Positions 20,432 to 31,339 of a DNA stretch of 64,000 bases are shown here, one piece after another. This stretch comes from Nitrospirota bacterium (GTDB lineage Bacteria > Nitrospirota > UBA9217). Where the stretch lies: contig CAVWHO010000010.1 in the NCBI GenBank assembly GCA_963754875.1, positions 256,001 to 320,000 of the forward strand. The letters run 5' to 3'. The first letter of the stretch is position 1. Every line of letters starts with the position of its first letter. The position numbers and the translations under genes were made by a program. Below the pieces are notes generated by a model, which worked only from the letters and a program-made list of their open reading frames with translations, did not search any database and was not told where the DNA came from.

Positions 20432-21568
20432 TTATCCTCTGAAAATGTCGAACGGCTCTATTTTGAGCACTTTTCTGACGCCGATATAACTTGAAATGCC
20501 GGCAATGATCAAAACCATGCCAAAGGCGAAGCCGAGATTCCAGTAGGTTATTCTGGCTGCGTAAGTGGCCAGTCTGAGTCTTGCGGACAGGATCATGAGG
20601 GCGGCGAGACCGACACCCAGGCCATAGCCTGTAAGCGCCGCAAATGTCGCCTGGAACAGGATCATATAGACCAGTTCCTTCCCTTTTATACCGATCGCTT
20701 TTAATGCGCCGAATTTTTCCAGGTTCTCCAGGATGAAGGTGTAAAACGTCTGGCCTGAAATAGAGAGGCCGACAATAAAACTTACCACCGTCATGATGAG
20801 CACATTCATGCCCATGCCCGTCTGGTATTTGTAAAAATTGGAAGTTTTCTGGATAAATTCCTCTTTCGTCAGCGCCACATATCCGAGCTTCCCTACCTGC
20901 TGCTTGATATACGGCACCGCGCCGCTGTTCTTGGGATCGATGAGAATATATGCTGCGGTGAATCTCATGGAAGGTATATAGGTGGTGGCTCTCCGATATG
21001 TGGTGTAGAGGGTCGGCACTCCAAACAAACCGCTGGACACGACTTTTGCAATACCGACGATGACTCCCCGGTGATCGTTTATTTCAAATTCGGTTCCGAC
21101 CTTTGGATTTTCGAGTTTGTAAAATTCCGCATCCTTAACTACGATAAAAGCATTTTCTGCATAGATATCATCAATCTCCCCCTCGATGAGCTCGGGCCTG
21201 CCGTACAGGCTGGAATCATCCAAGCCGAGGACCGTCACCGCCTGATACGCTCCGCTGCGTAGCTTCACGAGCGCCATGCCGTAATAGAGGGGTACTGCGT
21301 ATTTGACACCATTAATGCTCCGTACCGCAGACAATACATAATCCGGCATGGGGATGCTGTTCGCCGGGGTATTGACCGCTGGGTCCATCACCCAGAGCTG
21401 GGCACCTACATTGAGGACAGTGGCGGATGACCGGTGCAGCATACCGGCGAACATCGAGGTCATCTGGATCATCAAAAAGACCGCGAAGGTAATGCCGACG
21501 AGCAAGGCGGCGAATTTACCTTTGTCATTCACCAGCAGCTTATAAGCGATTTTGAGGATCCCTTTCAC
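20432..21568 (-). CDS. ABC transporter permease (DevC/FtsX-like)
   Basis: GTG start VKGILKIAYKLLVNDKGKF, GITFAVFL, EKFGALKAIG, KIEPFDIFRG. Confidence 0.9.
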   Translation of the reverse strand: MKGILKIAYKLLVNDKGKFAALLVGITFAVFLMIQMTSMFAGMLHRSSATVLNVGAQLWVMDPAVNTPANSIPMPDYVLSAVRSINGVKYAVPLYYGMALVKLRSGAYQAVTVLGLDDSSLYGRPELIEGEIDDIYAENAFIVVKDAEFYKLENPKVGTEFEINDHRGVIVGIAKVVSSGLFGVPTLYTTYRRATTYIPSMRFTAAYILIDPKNSGAVPYIKQQVGKLGYVALTKEEFIQKTSNFYKYQTGMGMNVLIMTVVSFIVGLSISGQTFYTFILENLEKFGALKAIGIKGKELVYMILFQATFAALTGYGLGVGLAALMILSARLRLATYAARITYWNLGFAFGMVLIIAGISSYIGVRKVLKIEPFDIFRG

Positions 21569-21952
21569 AGCTGTTCTCCATTTACTGCAGCGCAGCGACG
21601 TGAGCGGAGGCGATGGTCTGTTATGAGAAGACTCTCTAACAAATCTTAGCACACCATTCGTTTTTTTGTTTGAACTTGATGCGTAACTCGTCTTTTGCAT
21701 TCTTTTCCGGTCGCAAAGTCGGTATAGTTGCATAAAAAAACGACATCAATTTGATATTCTTAGGCGACATTATCGATTTGTTGTTCATCGTAGATCAACC
21801 TGAGAAAAGTTGTCTCTAACTGCGACTTAATGTAGGGTAACAATTAAACCTTTAGTGAAATCCAGTGTCACAATTGCATCGGACGATCGAAAAACAGACA
21901 GCAGTTTCGCGCCGCAGTAATAATCGTTACCTACGGGAAAGGAGAAGTAAAA

Positions 21953-22510
21953 ATGAAGAATTTGAGCAAATCGCAAAAGTACGGTCTTTCTATTATTGTT
22001 GTCCTGGTGAGCTTGACGTTGTTGGCTTCAATACAGGCTTTCGCATTCGAGGCACAGAAGCCTGGTGATGGTGGCAGGGACGCAGACCATCCCCGCTGTT
22101 GTGATCGGGCCATGTCATGCCATGGGGCCGGAAAATGGCAAGCGGGAATGCACCATCATAAGCAGCATCGCATATGGTCTGCTCTTAAGAAACTCGATCT
22201 CACAGATGGCCAAAAATCTGCGTTTCAGGAGATCAGGATGTCAATGAAGAAGGACATGATTAGAAAACGCGCAGATCTCAAAATCGCACAAATGGAACTT
22301 CACGAACAGCTCCACAAGGACACCGTGGACATGAATGTTGTCGAATCGCAGGTTAAAAAAATCGAGGGTTTAAAAGCCGCGATGATACTTAATGCAATAA
22401 AGTCACGGGAAGAAATTAAATCTAAGTTGACGCCTGACCAGCGGAAACATTTAGTTGATCTCATACAAGATTCACACCAATCTCCTGATCGCCTTCACCA
22501 GGAAGGGTAG
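21953..22510 (+). CDS. Spy/CpxP-family periplasmic protein (His/Cys-rich linker)
   Basis: Signal peptide, two LTxxQ motifs (LDLTDGQK, LTPDQR); AAGGAG RBS. Confidence 0.85.
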   Translation: MKNLSKSQKYGLSIIVVLVSLTLLASIQAFAFEAQKPGDGGRDADHPRCCDRAMSCHGAGKWQAGMHHHKQHRIWSALKKLDLTDGQKSAFQEIRMSMKKDMIRKRADLKIAQMELHEQLHKDTVDMNVVESQVKKIEGLKAAMILNAIKSREEIKSKLTPDQRKHLVDLIQDSHQSPDRLHQEG

Positions 22511-22544
22511 ACCGGAATTTATCAAGCTGAGAAGCAGGCATCTA

Positions 22545-22593
22545 TTGGGCACGAGTCTCTGCTCTTGCATGAGAATCGTGCCCAACTTTTTTT
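22545..22593 (+). terminator. Intrinsic terminator
   Basis: ttgggcacga...tcgtgcccaa stem followed by T7. Confidence 0.75.
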
Positions 22594-23110
22594 AAGTCCT
22601 TTCGCTGCATCCCTGTCAGGTTATTTTGCTACAATTACAGTACTATCGCTAAATCGTTCCTGTTGAACAGCATCATCATCGCGCTCCCGCGTCAATTCAG
22701 CCCCAAAATCCAACTCTCTATTGATACAGTAATCAGCTGCAGGTCAATTTTCAAGCAGATAGAATCAACTCTTGCCGCATCATTCTTCTAAAGAGAATCA
22801 TTCCAGTGCGTTGTAGTCAATTCTCGGATGACAGTATGTCGAATCACTGATTGTCGGACGTTGACGCTAATAGCAAAATGGGTTAAGATGAAACGTTGCA
22901 GAAGCCCAAAGGAGAACAATGCAAAATTGAAGCCCTCATTAAATAATTCATCCAGAAACGGTAATTGCAGTGCAGCAAACTAACGCAAGGCAGAGAGATT
23001 TCTATACGGTGGTTAGTATCGGACTGTCGAGCGCCATTTGAGTAGAATTATTGCAATGCAGAACGTCTCTTATATGTGATTTACGTTGACAGAGGAAAGA
23101 AAGGCATGAC

Positions 23111-23512
23111 ATGAATTGGAAAAACACAAAGCTTCAGAGATACTTATACTTCACCAGTGCAGTCATTCTGCTTGCCGGTTTGGGCAGTGCCATCATGATT
23201 TATCGGGCAGCTGTGAATGACCCGGACGGCAAATCGGGTTATGAAATCGTCGGTGGATTTGTATATTCGTCTACGGGTGAAAATACCAAGAAGTACGTAC
23301 ATGATTTGCAAGTCTATGGCGGAAATGCAGCTGTGCTTTTAGACGAGTTCACGCGCTGGTTTGATGGATTATGGCGAGGTGAATCACTCGCGTTCACCGT
23401 TGCCTGGATGACAATTATTCTCTCTCTCGGGATTTTTTTGATTGCTAAGAAATTGCCAATCCTCTGGCATTCCAGCGCCCACAGTGAAAACACGGAGGAT
23501 GGGACCAAGTGA
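23111..23512 (+). CDS. Hypothetical membrane protein (2 TM)
   Basis: Two hydrophobic segments flanking a soluble loop (KKYVHDLQVYGG). Confidence 0.65.
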   Translation: MNWKNTKLQRYLYFTSAVILLAGLGSAIMIYRAAVNDPDGKSGYEIVGGFVYSSTGENTKKYVHDLQVYGGNAAVLLDEFTRWFDGLWRGESLAFTVAWMTIILSLGIFLIAKKLPILWHSSAHSENTEDGTK

Positions 23513-23537
23513 AGTAGACAGACCGGGCCGCAACCGG

Positions 23538-24026
23538 CTAAAACTTGTCCGCTTCAGCCTCCAGCACGGCAACAGGGATCAAGTATTTTCCGTTCTCCAT
23601 CCTGCCTTCTATCTTTATGGGAAAACAACTTCCCAGACCCTTTTTGAGATTATACACGGAAAACTTCATATCGCAGTGCCGGCACACGATGGAGCCATCG
23701 TCACAGCGATACCCCTGCTTGTGCGAATAGCAGCTTGCGCAGGCGTCGAGGAACGAGTTGACTCTGCCCTGGATATTGAGCACAAAGTAATTGATGTTTT
23801 TACCCTGGAAGTGATAGGTGTAGAATGTAGGGACTCCGGGCTCAAGATTCGTTGTATCGATGATGATGTTCTGACCCTTTTGTGCGGCGGGGGGATAAGA
23901 TGGGGAGCGCGTGCAGGAAACGGCAACCAGAATGATACCTGCAATCGTCAGCAGGGTCGAGAACGACATCACACGCAACAAAACGCCTGCGGTTCTGTAC
24001 CTGAGTGGTAAGTCACAAGTTGTCAT
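23538..24026 (-). CDS. DUF2318 family Fe-S-containing (FtrD-like) protein
   Basis: FLDACASCY...GY...IVCRHC...GSCFPIKI cysteine pattern. Confidence 0.82.
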   Translation of the reverse strand: MTTCDLPLRYRTAGVLLRVMSFSTLLTIAGIILVAVSCTRSPSYPPAAQKGQNIIIDTTNLEPGVPTFYTYHFQGKNINYFVLNIQGRVNSFLDACASCYSHKQGYRCDDGSIVCRHCDMKFSVYNLKKGLGSCFPIKIEGRMENGKYLIPVAVLEAEADKF

Positions 24027-24191
24027 ATGTTTATGATAAATTCTTTAATATATCTCTGTCAAGATCATTTGACGGAAGGCTGCAACCAATCCGGTCTGGA
24101 GGGAATAATTCCGTCCGACCGGCATGTACGCCCCGTTGGCGCTTCACGAAAGAATGACGGAAACAGTTTGAGAGCTTATATCTTCACGGTC

Positions 24192-25202
24192 TTAATAGTA
24201 TCCTTTCAGCGTAAAACTCAAGAACAGGATAGGCCAGGTAACAATAAGTGTAAACAGAATGATCAGCACGATTGACAGAACTGCCCATTTTTTCTGGGCC
24301 GTTAGAATGATGTCATGCAGTGATGGTATGTTTTTAAACGGCTCAACCAGGCCGGTACTGATTCCGAAGAATACGCCTCCGAAGAGCGTGATGTATAACG
24401 GATAACCAATAAAGTGATATCCTGACTGCAGAATGTCAAAAGGGCAATGGTGGGTCGGTATCTCATAAAAATAGAGAGAAATAAATGAAATAATTGCTGT
24501 AATAGATACGATGAAAAGCGAGAACGACACTACCGGAAAGACATACCGCAATATCCTGTTGTGATACCGTAATGTCAATGCGGCATTTACCAAGAAAAGA
24601 ATAATTGTGCTGTAAAACAGAGCCATAACCGGTTTGATGGGGAGGGAGGAAAGACCGCCTGCTACGCCGCTCCCGTTCTCGCTGAACAGAGCCCCACAGC
24701 AGGATGTTATGATATCAGGCTGCAGCCCCCTGAAATATTTCAGCTGAAAATACGCGTCGAGGAGGACGATGGGTGCTATAGGCAAAACCATCGCGTACTT
24801 GATTTTGACGAGCGGGTAGTCATCGGCTTTCTGATCGATGTAATTAATCGCAATCCAGATCGCTGAGGAAAATAAGATGATGATTTTTGTAAAGAGCACG
24901 TACCAACCGACAGGGTTAGCATTGAGAGAACCCGTCGCGCACATCGCGCCGATGAATAGACGGTGAATGTCGTCAACGGTATAGACGAAGAGGAGAGAAG
25001 AGAAAATTTCGAAGCCGAAGACATAATTCATAATGGTTGAAATCAGGTATGTTTTCCTTTCAAGGGCGAGCTGTGCAGAGGAACTGCTGCTGATGTTCCA
25101 CTTTGTTATGATCAATACCCCGAGAAAGGAAGCATAGATCATCATCGATGCGACAATAAACGAGCCCGCAATTAGGGAAAGGATTCCTGGGTGAAGTATC
25201 AC
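24192..25202 (-). CDS. Polytopic membrane protein with Cys/His motifs
   Basis: About 8 TM segments; GAMCATG, TSCCG, HHCPF; overlaps the ATPase stop. Confidence 0.8.
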   Translation of the reverse strand: MILHPGILSLIAGSFIVASMMIYASFLGVLIITKWNISSSSSAQLALERKTYLISTIMNYVFGFEIFSSLLFVYTVDDIHRLFIGAMCATGSLNANPVGWYVLFTKIIILFSSAIWIAINYIDQKADDYPLVKIKYAMVLPIAPIVLLDAYFQLKYFRGLQPDIITSCCGALFSENGSGVAGGLSSLPIKPVMALFYSTIILFLVNAALTLRYHNRILRYVFPVVSFSLFIVSITAIISFISLYFYEIPTHHCPFDILQSGYHFIGYPLYITLFGGVFFGISTGLVEPFKNIPSLHDIILTAQKKWAVLSIVLIILFTLIVTWPILFLSFTLKGYY

Positions 25203-25885
25203 TGCACAACCACCTCTTTTACGATGCCGTCCCTCATCTCCACAATCTTATTGATAAACGTCTTTTCATAGACGATAGGATCATGAGAAGCAATAATGAT
25301 CGTTTTGCCCTCCCGGTTTAATTGCAGCATGATATGGATAAGGGTTTCAGAAAGCTTCGTGTCAAGATGCGCTGTCGGTTCATCGGCAAGGATGGCTTCC
25401 GGGTCGTTAATTAAAGCTCTGGCGATCGCGACGCGCTGCTGTTCTCCGCCGGAAAGCCGCTGAATTTTGAAGTCTTTTTTATGAAGGATATTCAACTTGT
25501 CGAGAAGGCCTTCCGCACGTTTACTTATATCGGAGATCGACCTCTCTGTTGGATAGAGCGGTAGCATTACATTTTCAAGGACGGTTACGCCCTTGATAAG
25601 GTTGAATTGCTGAAATATAAAACCGAACTCTTTGCGGCGTATCTTTGTAAGAAATCGTTCGGGAAGTTTTGCAACATCCCTGCCATTGATAATAATCCCA
25701 CCCTCTGTGGGGCGTGACATGCACCCCAGAAGGCTTAAGAGGGATGTCTTGCCAGATCCACTCGGCCCCTTTAGCACAACGATTTCGCCTTTATTGATTT
25801 CTATTGAAATATCCGATATCGCCTTTATCTCGTCCGGCATCCCCGGATTGTACACTTTCATGACGTGCTCGGTCTTAATCAGCAT
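25199..25885 (-). CDS. ABC transporter ATP-binding protein (LolD-like)
   Basis: [33 protein letters not shown]. Confidence 0.95.
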   Translation of the reverse strand: MLIKTEHVMKVYNPGMPDEIKAISDISIEINKGEIVVLKGPSGSGKTSLLSLLGCMSRPTEGGIIINGRDVAKLPERFLTKIRRKEFGFIFQQFNLIKGVTVLENVMLPLYPTERSISDISKRAEGLLDKLNILHKKDFKIQRLSGGEQQRVAIARALINDPEAILADEPTAHLDTKLSETLIHIMLQLNREGKTIIIASHDPIVYEKTFINKIVEMRDGIVKEVVVQ

Positions 25886-25986
25886 AGCAACGAGACCTCT
25901 TTTGTGATATGGCTATGGTTCCTCGATCTCTTATTCATCTATACTATACCTTCGTTGATACAGGCCTTCAGGGTCCTCGCAGCGTT

Positions 25987-27144
25987 TCAACCCCTCATGA
26001 CAACGTCCGGATCGGTGATGGCTGATTTCCAGGAGGGAATAATCGTACTCGCAACATAGGGGACGACGGTCAGAAAAAACAGTGTGAACACCTGATACAT
26101 GTCGAGGTACGGGATCAACCTGAACGAGGGGAATAGTACCGACCAGCCTTTCAACGCAGGCGCCAGAAGAAATGCACCAAGATAGAAAACGTGAACATAC
26201 GCTACGAGCAAACCCGTCAAAAATGATGCCAGCGAGAGGATGATGCCTTCCCAGAATTTTAATTCGAGAATATCCGATGTTTCCCATCCGAGGGCCTTCA
26301 GAATTCCTATCTCCTGTTTTTCTTCTGCGCTGAGCCCCGTTGCTTTATCCCACGCGAGAATGCAGAAGGCTATGATCGACCCAAAGAACATCGTAAGAAC
26401 CATTCCGCTCCTCCAATTGAATACAGTGTCATATGTCCTGATAATTTCACTTTTCATGATAGGGCGTGTGTCGGGCAGCATTTGCTTGATTTTGCGGGAG
26501 ATGGTAGCCGTTTCCGATGTATTATTAATCTGCACCACGATATCTGTTGCTGCGTTCGATGGCATTCCAAAGAGGCGCACGATATCCTCTTTTCTGATAA
26601 GAATAAGGTCATTGGTGAGCATATTCGACTCGGACGTGAATACACCGACTATCTGGAAGATTCTCCACGTGCCGTCGTTATTGGTGAGAACGATATCTCC
26701 CCCTATATCCGACAACTTCATATCGGCAACGCCTCTTCCTACGGTGCATTCCCCGTTGTGCAAAGGCATTCGCCCGTTCAGTAAGGTGAGTCCGTCAATA
26801 TGGTTGTCAATGCCGATTATCGTATAATTTCCCCGCGTGATAGTGTCATAATAATAGCCCCAATATCTCGGGACAATCCCGCGGATACCCGGAATATCTT
26901 TGATCCGGCGTATATACTCGGTCGGGATGAGGTCGTGCCTTCCCCCTGATACTTTTTGAATGATTAACTCCGGCGTCCCGTCGAGAACATGGAAAGCCTC
27001 TGTTTTGAAGGCTTGTGTAAGGAAAAGGATGGAAGCAATAACCGAAACAACGAGGCTGAAGATTACCACCAGCGAGAGGTTTTTGTATCTTCTCCTGAGG
27101 AGAGAGGACAGGGTGTATTCGAGTATTTTGCTATGCCGTCCCAT
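25987..27144 (-). CDS. ABC transporter permease (FtsX/MacB-type)
   Basis: 1+3 TM layout, EIGILKALGW, C-terminal PSWKSAITDP. Confidence 0.9.
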   Translation of the reverse strand: MGRHSKILEYTLSSLLRRRYKNLSLVVIFSLVVSVIASILFLTQAFKTEAFHVLDGTPELIIQKVSGGRHDLIPTEYIRRIKDIPGIRGIVPRYWGYYYDTITRGNYTIIGIDNHIDGLTLLNGRMPLHNGECTVGRGVADMKLSDIGGDIVLTNNDGTWRIFQIVGVFTSESNMLTNDLILIRKEDIVRLFGMPSNAATDIVVQINNTSETATISRKIKQMLPDTRPIMKSEIIRTYDTVFNWRSGMVLTMFFGSIIAFCILAWDKATGLSAEEKQEIGILKALGWETSDILELKFWEGIILSLASFLTGLLVAYVHVFYLGAFLLAPALKGWSVLFPSFRLIPYLDMYQVFTLFFLTVVPYVASTIIPSWKSAITDPDVVMRG

Positions 27145-27235
27145 GATTTTATTCTTTCTCTATGGATCAATTTACGTCCAGGGCCGAAAGATTGATATTG
27201 TCAAACCATCCCGGACTGAAACGTCGCCTTTGCCG

Positions 27236-27556
27236 TCATCGATGGACTTTATTGCCTGCGCGGATCTCCGTCCGTTCATTCAGGTTTCCCGGAGCAATAA
27301 TAGAGCCAGCTGGAAAGTGGTCAATCGAGGAAGGGAAGTCTTGAAACGGTGAAAACAAGTCAGCCTGTGAAGGGTTCCTCGTATAGCGAGCTTCGGTCCA
27401 GACGGAAAAGTCCGTCAGCATGAGCTTCTTTACGATATCCTGCTTTGCCCGCACTTCCTCCTGTCTCGATCTTATGGTTGCCCGGCCCGAAACATACAAA
27501 AGCAAAAGTACAGCGATTTCCGCAATAATAAAGCTTATGAATACTTTGTGTTTCAT
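27236..27556 (-). CDS. Small membrane-anchored hypothetical protein
   Basis: N-terminal TM, LTDFSVWTEARYTRNPS...FQDFPSSIDHFPAGS; co-oriented within the operon. Confidence 0.7.
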   Translation of the reverse strand: MKHKVFISFIIAEIAVLLLLYVSGRATIRSRQEEVRAKQDIVKKLMLTDFSVWTEARYTRNPSQADLFSPFQDFPSSIDHFPAGSIIAPGNLNERTEIRAGNKVHR

Positions 27557-27608
27557 AACCTCAAACGTCCTGCATGATCCCGGCCCAGCGACCGTTTGCT
27601 GAAGAGCA

Positions 27609-28082
27609 TTAGGGGATGTCCAGAGCGGTGATTTCGTTAAATTGAAGCATTTTCTTTCCTCCGTGATCGCGCATGAAGGTCAGCGCCTCGCGTTTGCCTT
27701 TTACAGGGACGAGTTCTTTTCCCATCGGCCCCATCACATCGCTGCCCCGTATGAAGTAAACATCCTTTGCATCCATCATGTTCGTCGTATAATACTCGGT
27801 AATGTATGTCCCCGATATGTCTTTGACAGTTTTAGTATTGTTGTATCGAGATATATTGAAATAGTATTTGAGCAGATCCTTCGGACCGTCAAACACTGCA
27901 TAGGTCCCGTCCTGAAACACAATTTCCGCGGTCCATGACGGATACAGTGAAACGAACATCCCGCATACAGGGCACTTGTCTCCGGGTTTCGGCTTTATAG
28001 GCTCTCCTGCATACGATAAACCGGAAATCAGAACCGGACTCATAAGGACGAAAAACCATAACAAAAAGTTCCTCTGGGCCAA
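27609..28082 (-). CDS. NosL family protein
   Basis: Signal peptide, KCPVCGMFV, FDGPKDL, GSDVMGPMG, F..DHGGK. Confidence 0.88.
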   Translation of the reverse strand: MAQRNFLLWFFVLMSPVLISGLSYAGEPIKPKPGDKCPVCGMFVSLYPSWTAEIVFQDGTYAVFDGPKDLLKYYFNISRYNNTKTVKDISGTYITEYYTTNMMDAKDVYFIRGSDVMGPMGKELVPVKGKREALTFMRDHGGKKMLQFNEITALDIP

Positions 28083-28094
28083 TGGAGTGCTCCT

Positions 28095-28235
28095 TCATTC
28101 CTCTATCTGATGTAGTAACGCCTCAGTGAACGACAGTATTCTTCCGCCATGCTTTTTTTGAAATGTCACTGCGTCGATCTTGCGACGGAAGGCGATTCTG
28201 CTCGTATAGCTCATGACCCCGGGGATATCGCTTCC
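28095..28235 (-). pseudogene. C-terminal remnant of a third NosL-family gene
   Basis: GSDIPGVMS...IAF...DAVTFQKKHGGRILSFTEAL matches the C-termini of both neighbours; no CxxCGM N-terminal half or signal peptide upstream. Confidence 0.7.
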
Positions 28236-28367
28236 CTTGTGGGGCACACTCGACCGACCCAGACGCGCTATCTGCAAAGTTCACTCAAGAAATATTCGGC
28301 ATGTCCCTTACCAGATCGATGCGGATGGACCACACAAACCCAATTACCTATGACAAACGGTTGACGG

Positions 28368-28847
28368 CTAATGAAGTTCGCCGGACGCATCGTCCCGCGC
28401 GGCAGCGAGACACTCTTTCCAGGACGCGATCGTCCCGCCGTATTCCCCGATGAATGCGTCTGCAGCGGCCTTTGTCTGGAAGGCCCACTTGGGCCGTTGT
28501 GTCATCACGCCGCGTTTTCCGCCTCCCATGACCCAGACTGCTTGTTCCGCGTCGATGAGCATTCTGGTGTCGCGGTCCGCTACGAAGATTGACTTCACCG
28601 CTCGCCCCCGGTTCACATTCAATTCCAAGACCGCGCAGTGCAGGCTGCAGACGCCTACGACGGTCCCGTCTGCGTATTGGAGCAGCATCCGGCTGTACCC
28701 GTAGGCTTTTCTGTCCATACCGCAGTAGGCGCAGTCACGGTGCTCGTCGATATCGGCTTGGGCCATGGCGGACACCGCGGCAATGCAGAACGTAAGCACG
28801 ACGAACATCGCCGTAGCAGCTGATCGTTTCTTTATCACAGAAGTCAC
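28368..28847 (-). CDS. NosL family protein
   Basis: Signal peptide, CAYCGMDR, CSLHC, GVMT...AF...ADAFIGEYGG. Confidence 0.88.
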   Translation of the reverse strand: MTSVIKKRSAATAMFVVLTFCIAAVSAMAQADIDEHRDCAYCGMDRKAYGYSRMLLQYADGTVVGVCSLHCAVLELNVNRGRAVKSIFVADRDTRMLIDAEQAVWVMGGGKRGVMTQRPKWAFQTKAAADAFIGEYGGTIASWKECLAAARDDASGELH

Positions 28848-28872
28848 TCCTCGTGGTGAATGGCTGTTGCCG

Positions 28873-29433
28873 TTACGGCAATCCGGCGAGAACGGATTGC
28901 AGCCGGACGCCGTCTTTATAATCCTCGTTCATCTGGACAACACCGTTGCTGTCTATGACTATCGTGCTGCCCATCGTGGCATGGTACAGGTTCAGCACGG
29001 TCTGCTGCGTATCAGCCAGTACCGTAAATCCCGAGCCGGCAAAGCCGTTCGAGATTTCCGCATTCCCTGCTTCGGCAGCGCTGGCCGAAACATAATCGAT
29101 TGCGAAAAACCGAACGGCCGGGAAACGGGGGATCACGACGTCCCGCATATTGCTCATATGGGTGTCGCAGGTAGGACACCACATCGTGAAATACAGGACC
29201 GTCCCTTGCACCCCGGCGGTCGCGACAACGGAAGAGAGTGTGACGTTGTTTCCCAGGGTGTCGGACAGCGTGAAGTCCGGGGCGAATTGGCAAACATCGG
29301 GTCCCGGGATGCCGCACTGGACAAGAGGACGCTTGTCAGCGCCCGACGGGTAGAGATCATCCAGCATATTGCCGCATCCGGCAAGAAAGGCCGGCACGAG
29401 CAGCAGTGACACAAGCATTCTAGCGGAAACCAT
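28873..29433 (-). CDS. Thioredoxin-fold (AhpC/TSA, redoxin) lipoprotein
   Basis: Lipobox LAGC, APDFTLSD, YFTMWCPTC. Confidence 0.85.
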   Translation of the reverse strand: MVSARMLVSLLLVPAFLAGCGNMLDDLYPSGADKRPLVQCGIPGPDVCQFAPDFTLSDTLGNNVTLSSVVATAGVQGTVLYFTMWCPTCDTHMSNMRDVVIPRFPAVRFFAIDYVSASAAEAGNAEISNGFAGSGFTVLADTQQTVLNLYHATMGSTIVIDSNGVVQMNEDYKDGVRLQSVLAGLP

Positions 29434-30406
29434 AGCTGACTCCTACGGTATAGATATCGGTCGTTGGAAAGTTTTCTCCCCACCCGTTTTGACGAATTGC
29501 GTGGCTCCACGAACCACGCACGATCCAGTCACTATCCGTGCTTGAATAGGCAATGCCCCCTCCGACGGCGTTTTTTTGAAAACCGCTGTTTGGCTCCCGC
29601 TGGCCGGCAATGGTAGCATCCTCTTCCTGCAGAGAAGAAAACGATGCGGTTCCGGTCAGGGTGTCTCCGGCCGTCCCGATATAATAAATATAACTCAGGG
29701 ACACCGATGCGGACGTGCGATTCCCCAGTTTTTTCCGGTAGGGTTCCACGTAATTGCCGTATTCCCTGTTTACCAACCGATCGATGTACGTGCCATAGCT
29801 AAGAGCGAGAGAAGCGCTCCAGGGATGGAGTGTTTTCGAAATGAGAACATTCCCGTCCAGGCGGTAGAATCCTCTGCCTGTCACATCAAAACTGCTGCCG
29901 ACGTCGTCGTAGGGGGAGATGCCCGTCGGCACGAGCAAAGAAGGTCCGATCGTGACAGAAGGGACCAGGTCTTTCGGCTCGCGAATTTTCCATGCAGAGT
30001 TGTCGTCGAGGGCTTCGTACCAGAGATTCAACGACGTGTCGCCCAAACCTTTTGTACGGGAGGAAAGACCCGAGTAAGTATTGTCGTTCCAAACATAGGG
30101 GACGACGACGCTAGCCTGCCAGCGCGGGGCCAGACGCCGCGCATACCCGAAGTTCAGCCGCTCCTGGCGCAAATCAGATCCTTCGGGATCATGGGTGTAC
30201 GTTCCATGCTCGTTCCAAAAACCGTCATATTTTTCAAAATCAAAAGACATATCAACCATGGATTGATAGAACTTCGGCAGCACCAGTGTCGTTCCTCCTC
30301 CGCCGCCGCAGCACGAGCCGGCAAAGGCCGGCGGAGAAAAGAGGCAAGCGGCCCCCGCAAAGAGGGCCGCTATGATGACTGCACGTGATTGCCGTATGAT
30401 GTTCAC
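29420..30406 (-). CDS. Putative outer-membrane beta-barrel protein with N-terminal CC motif
   Basis: Signal peptide AFA, mature N-terminus GSCCGGGGG, GLGD, PTG...TGRG, amphipathic strands, near-terminal aromatic (SYGF). Confidence 0.7.
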   Translation of the reverse strand: MNIIRQSRAVIIAALFAGAACLFSPPAFAGSCCGGGGGTTLVLPKFYQSMVDMSFDFEKYDGFWNEHGTYTHDPEGSDLRQERLNFGYARRLAPRWQASVVVPYVWNDNTYSGLSSRTKGLGDTSLNLWYEALDDNSAWKIREPKDLVPSVTIGPSLLVPTGISPYDDVGSSFDVTGRGFYRLDGNVLISKTLHPWSASLALSYGTYIDRLVNREYGNYVEPYRKKLGNRTSASVSLSYIYYIGTAGDTLTGTASFSSLQEEDATIAGQREPNSGFQKNAVGGGIAYSSTDSDWIVRGSWSHAIRQNGWGENFPTTDIYTVGVSYGFR

Positions 30407-30418
30407 TCGTTCACCGCG

Positions 30419-31303
30419 TCAATGGGAAGTCACGACGAATGTCTGATACGCGTTCGTGCCGGATGCGGCAGCGCCGTTCGTGGTCTTGTCCTGGCCGTTG
30501 ACCTGGAGTTTCACGTAAATGGTGTGCGTTCCAGCCGTCGCAAGGTCTGTTATCCCGGCGAGGGACCAGTGGCCGTTGCCGTTGTCGGTGCCAGAAACGA
30601 CATTCGATGCGAAGGTATTGTCTGCCGATGCCTGGACAGATATCGAAGTTACTGAAACCGTCCCCGTGGCATCACTCAACAGGGCGCCGGAAGATACCGG
30701 TACGAAGTTCATGCTCATGTCTTCGCCGTGCGAGATGTAAAGCATGAATGTCGGAGAAACAGCGCTGACCGGTCCGTCGCAGAACAGATAATATTTATTG
30801 TACTGAGTGCCCGACATACTGCTGACGATATCGTCGGGGCCGTACAACAACGCGCGGACTGTGTCGTTGCCCATTGCCATGTTTACGTCGGGCGTGAATG
30901 TCGTCGTTTCTCCGTTCACCGTTACCGCCATGTCCCACGTTCCCATGGTCGGGCCGGAAGCCATGAGATAATAGACGGTGCAATCGTACCTCCCGGGAGT
31001 ACCGGACTCCGCAACGCTGCCGATGGGCGTCGAGTGCATATCGCCATTCGTCATATGCATCGTGAGCGCAAGGGCAGGGGACAGACCGGTCGCGGGGCTG
31101 CCGTCGCTCTGTTTCGTGATATTGAGCTGAAATACGGTCTTTCCCTGGACAGGGGCATTCATGCCCGTGCCGGGGAGATATTGGACTTTATACGCGTTCA
31201 CGGTGTTGTTGTCAGATGATGATGACGACGTGCCGCAACCGGCGGCGGAAAAAACCGCAAGGCCGGCAATCACAAACACCAGCATTTTTTGTATCACTTG
31301 CAT
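30419..31303 (-). CDS. Lipoprotein with YtkA/FixH-like Ig domain, Met/His-rich
   Basis: Lipobox AAGC, MHMTNGDMHSTP, GRY...YYLMASG...GTW; AAGGAGG RBS. Confidence 0.7.
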   Translation of the reverse strand: MQVIQKMLVFVIAGLAVFSAAGCGTSSSSSDNNTVNAYKVQYLPGTGMNAPVQGKTVFQLNITKQSDGSPATGLSPALALTMHMTNGDMHSTPIGSVAESGTPGRYDCTVYYLMASGPTMGTWDMAVTVNGETTTFTPDVNMAMGNDTVRALLYGPDDIVSSMSGTQYNKYYLFCDGPVSAVSPTFMLYISHGEDMSMNFVPVSSGALLSDATGTVSVTSISVQASADNTFASNVVSGTDNGNGHWSLAGITDLATAGTHTIYVKLQVNGQDKTTNGAAASGTNAYQTFVVTSH

Positions 31304-31339
31304 GGAGACTCCTCCTTGAATATTCAATATCGGTTATGG

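Noticed and set aside
27609..28847. Nitrous oxide reductase (nos) operon
   Set aside because: No nosZ, nosD, nosF, nosY or nosR in the window; NosL-family genes alone are insufficient
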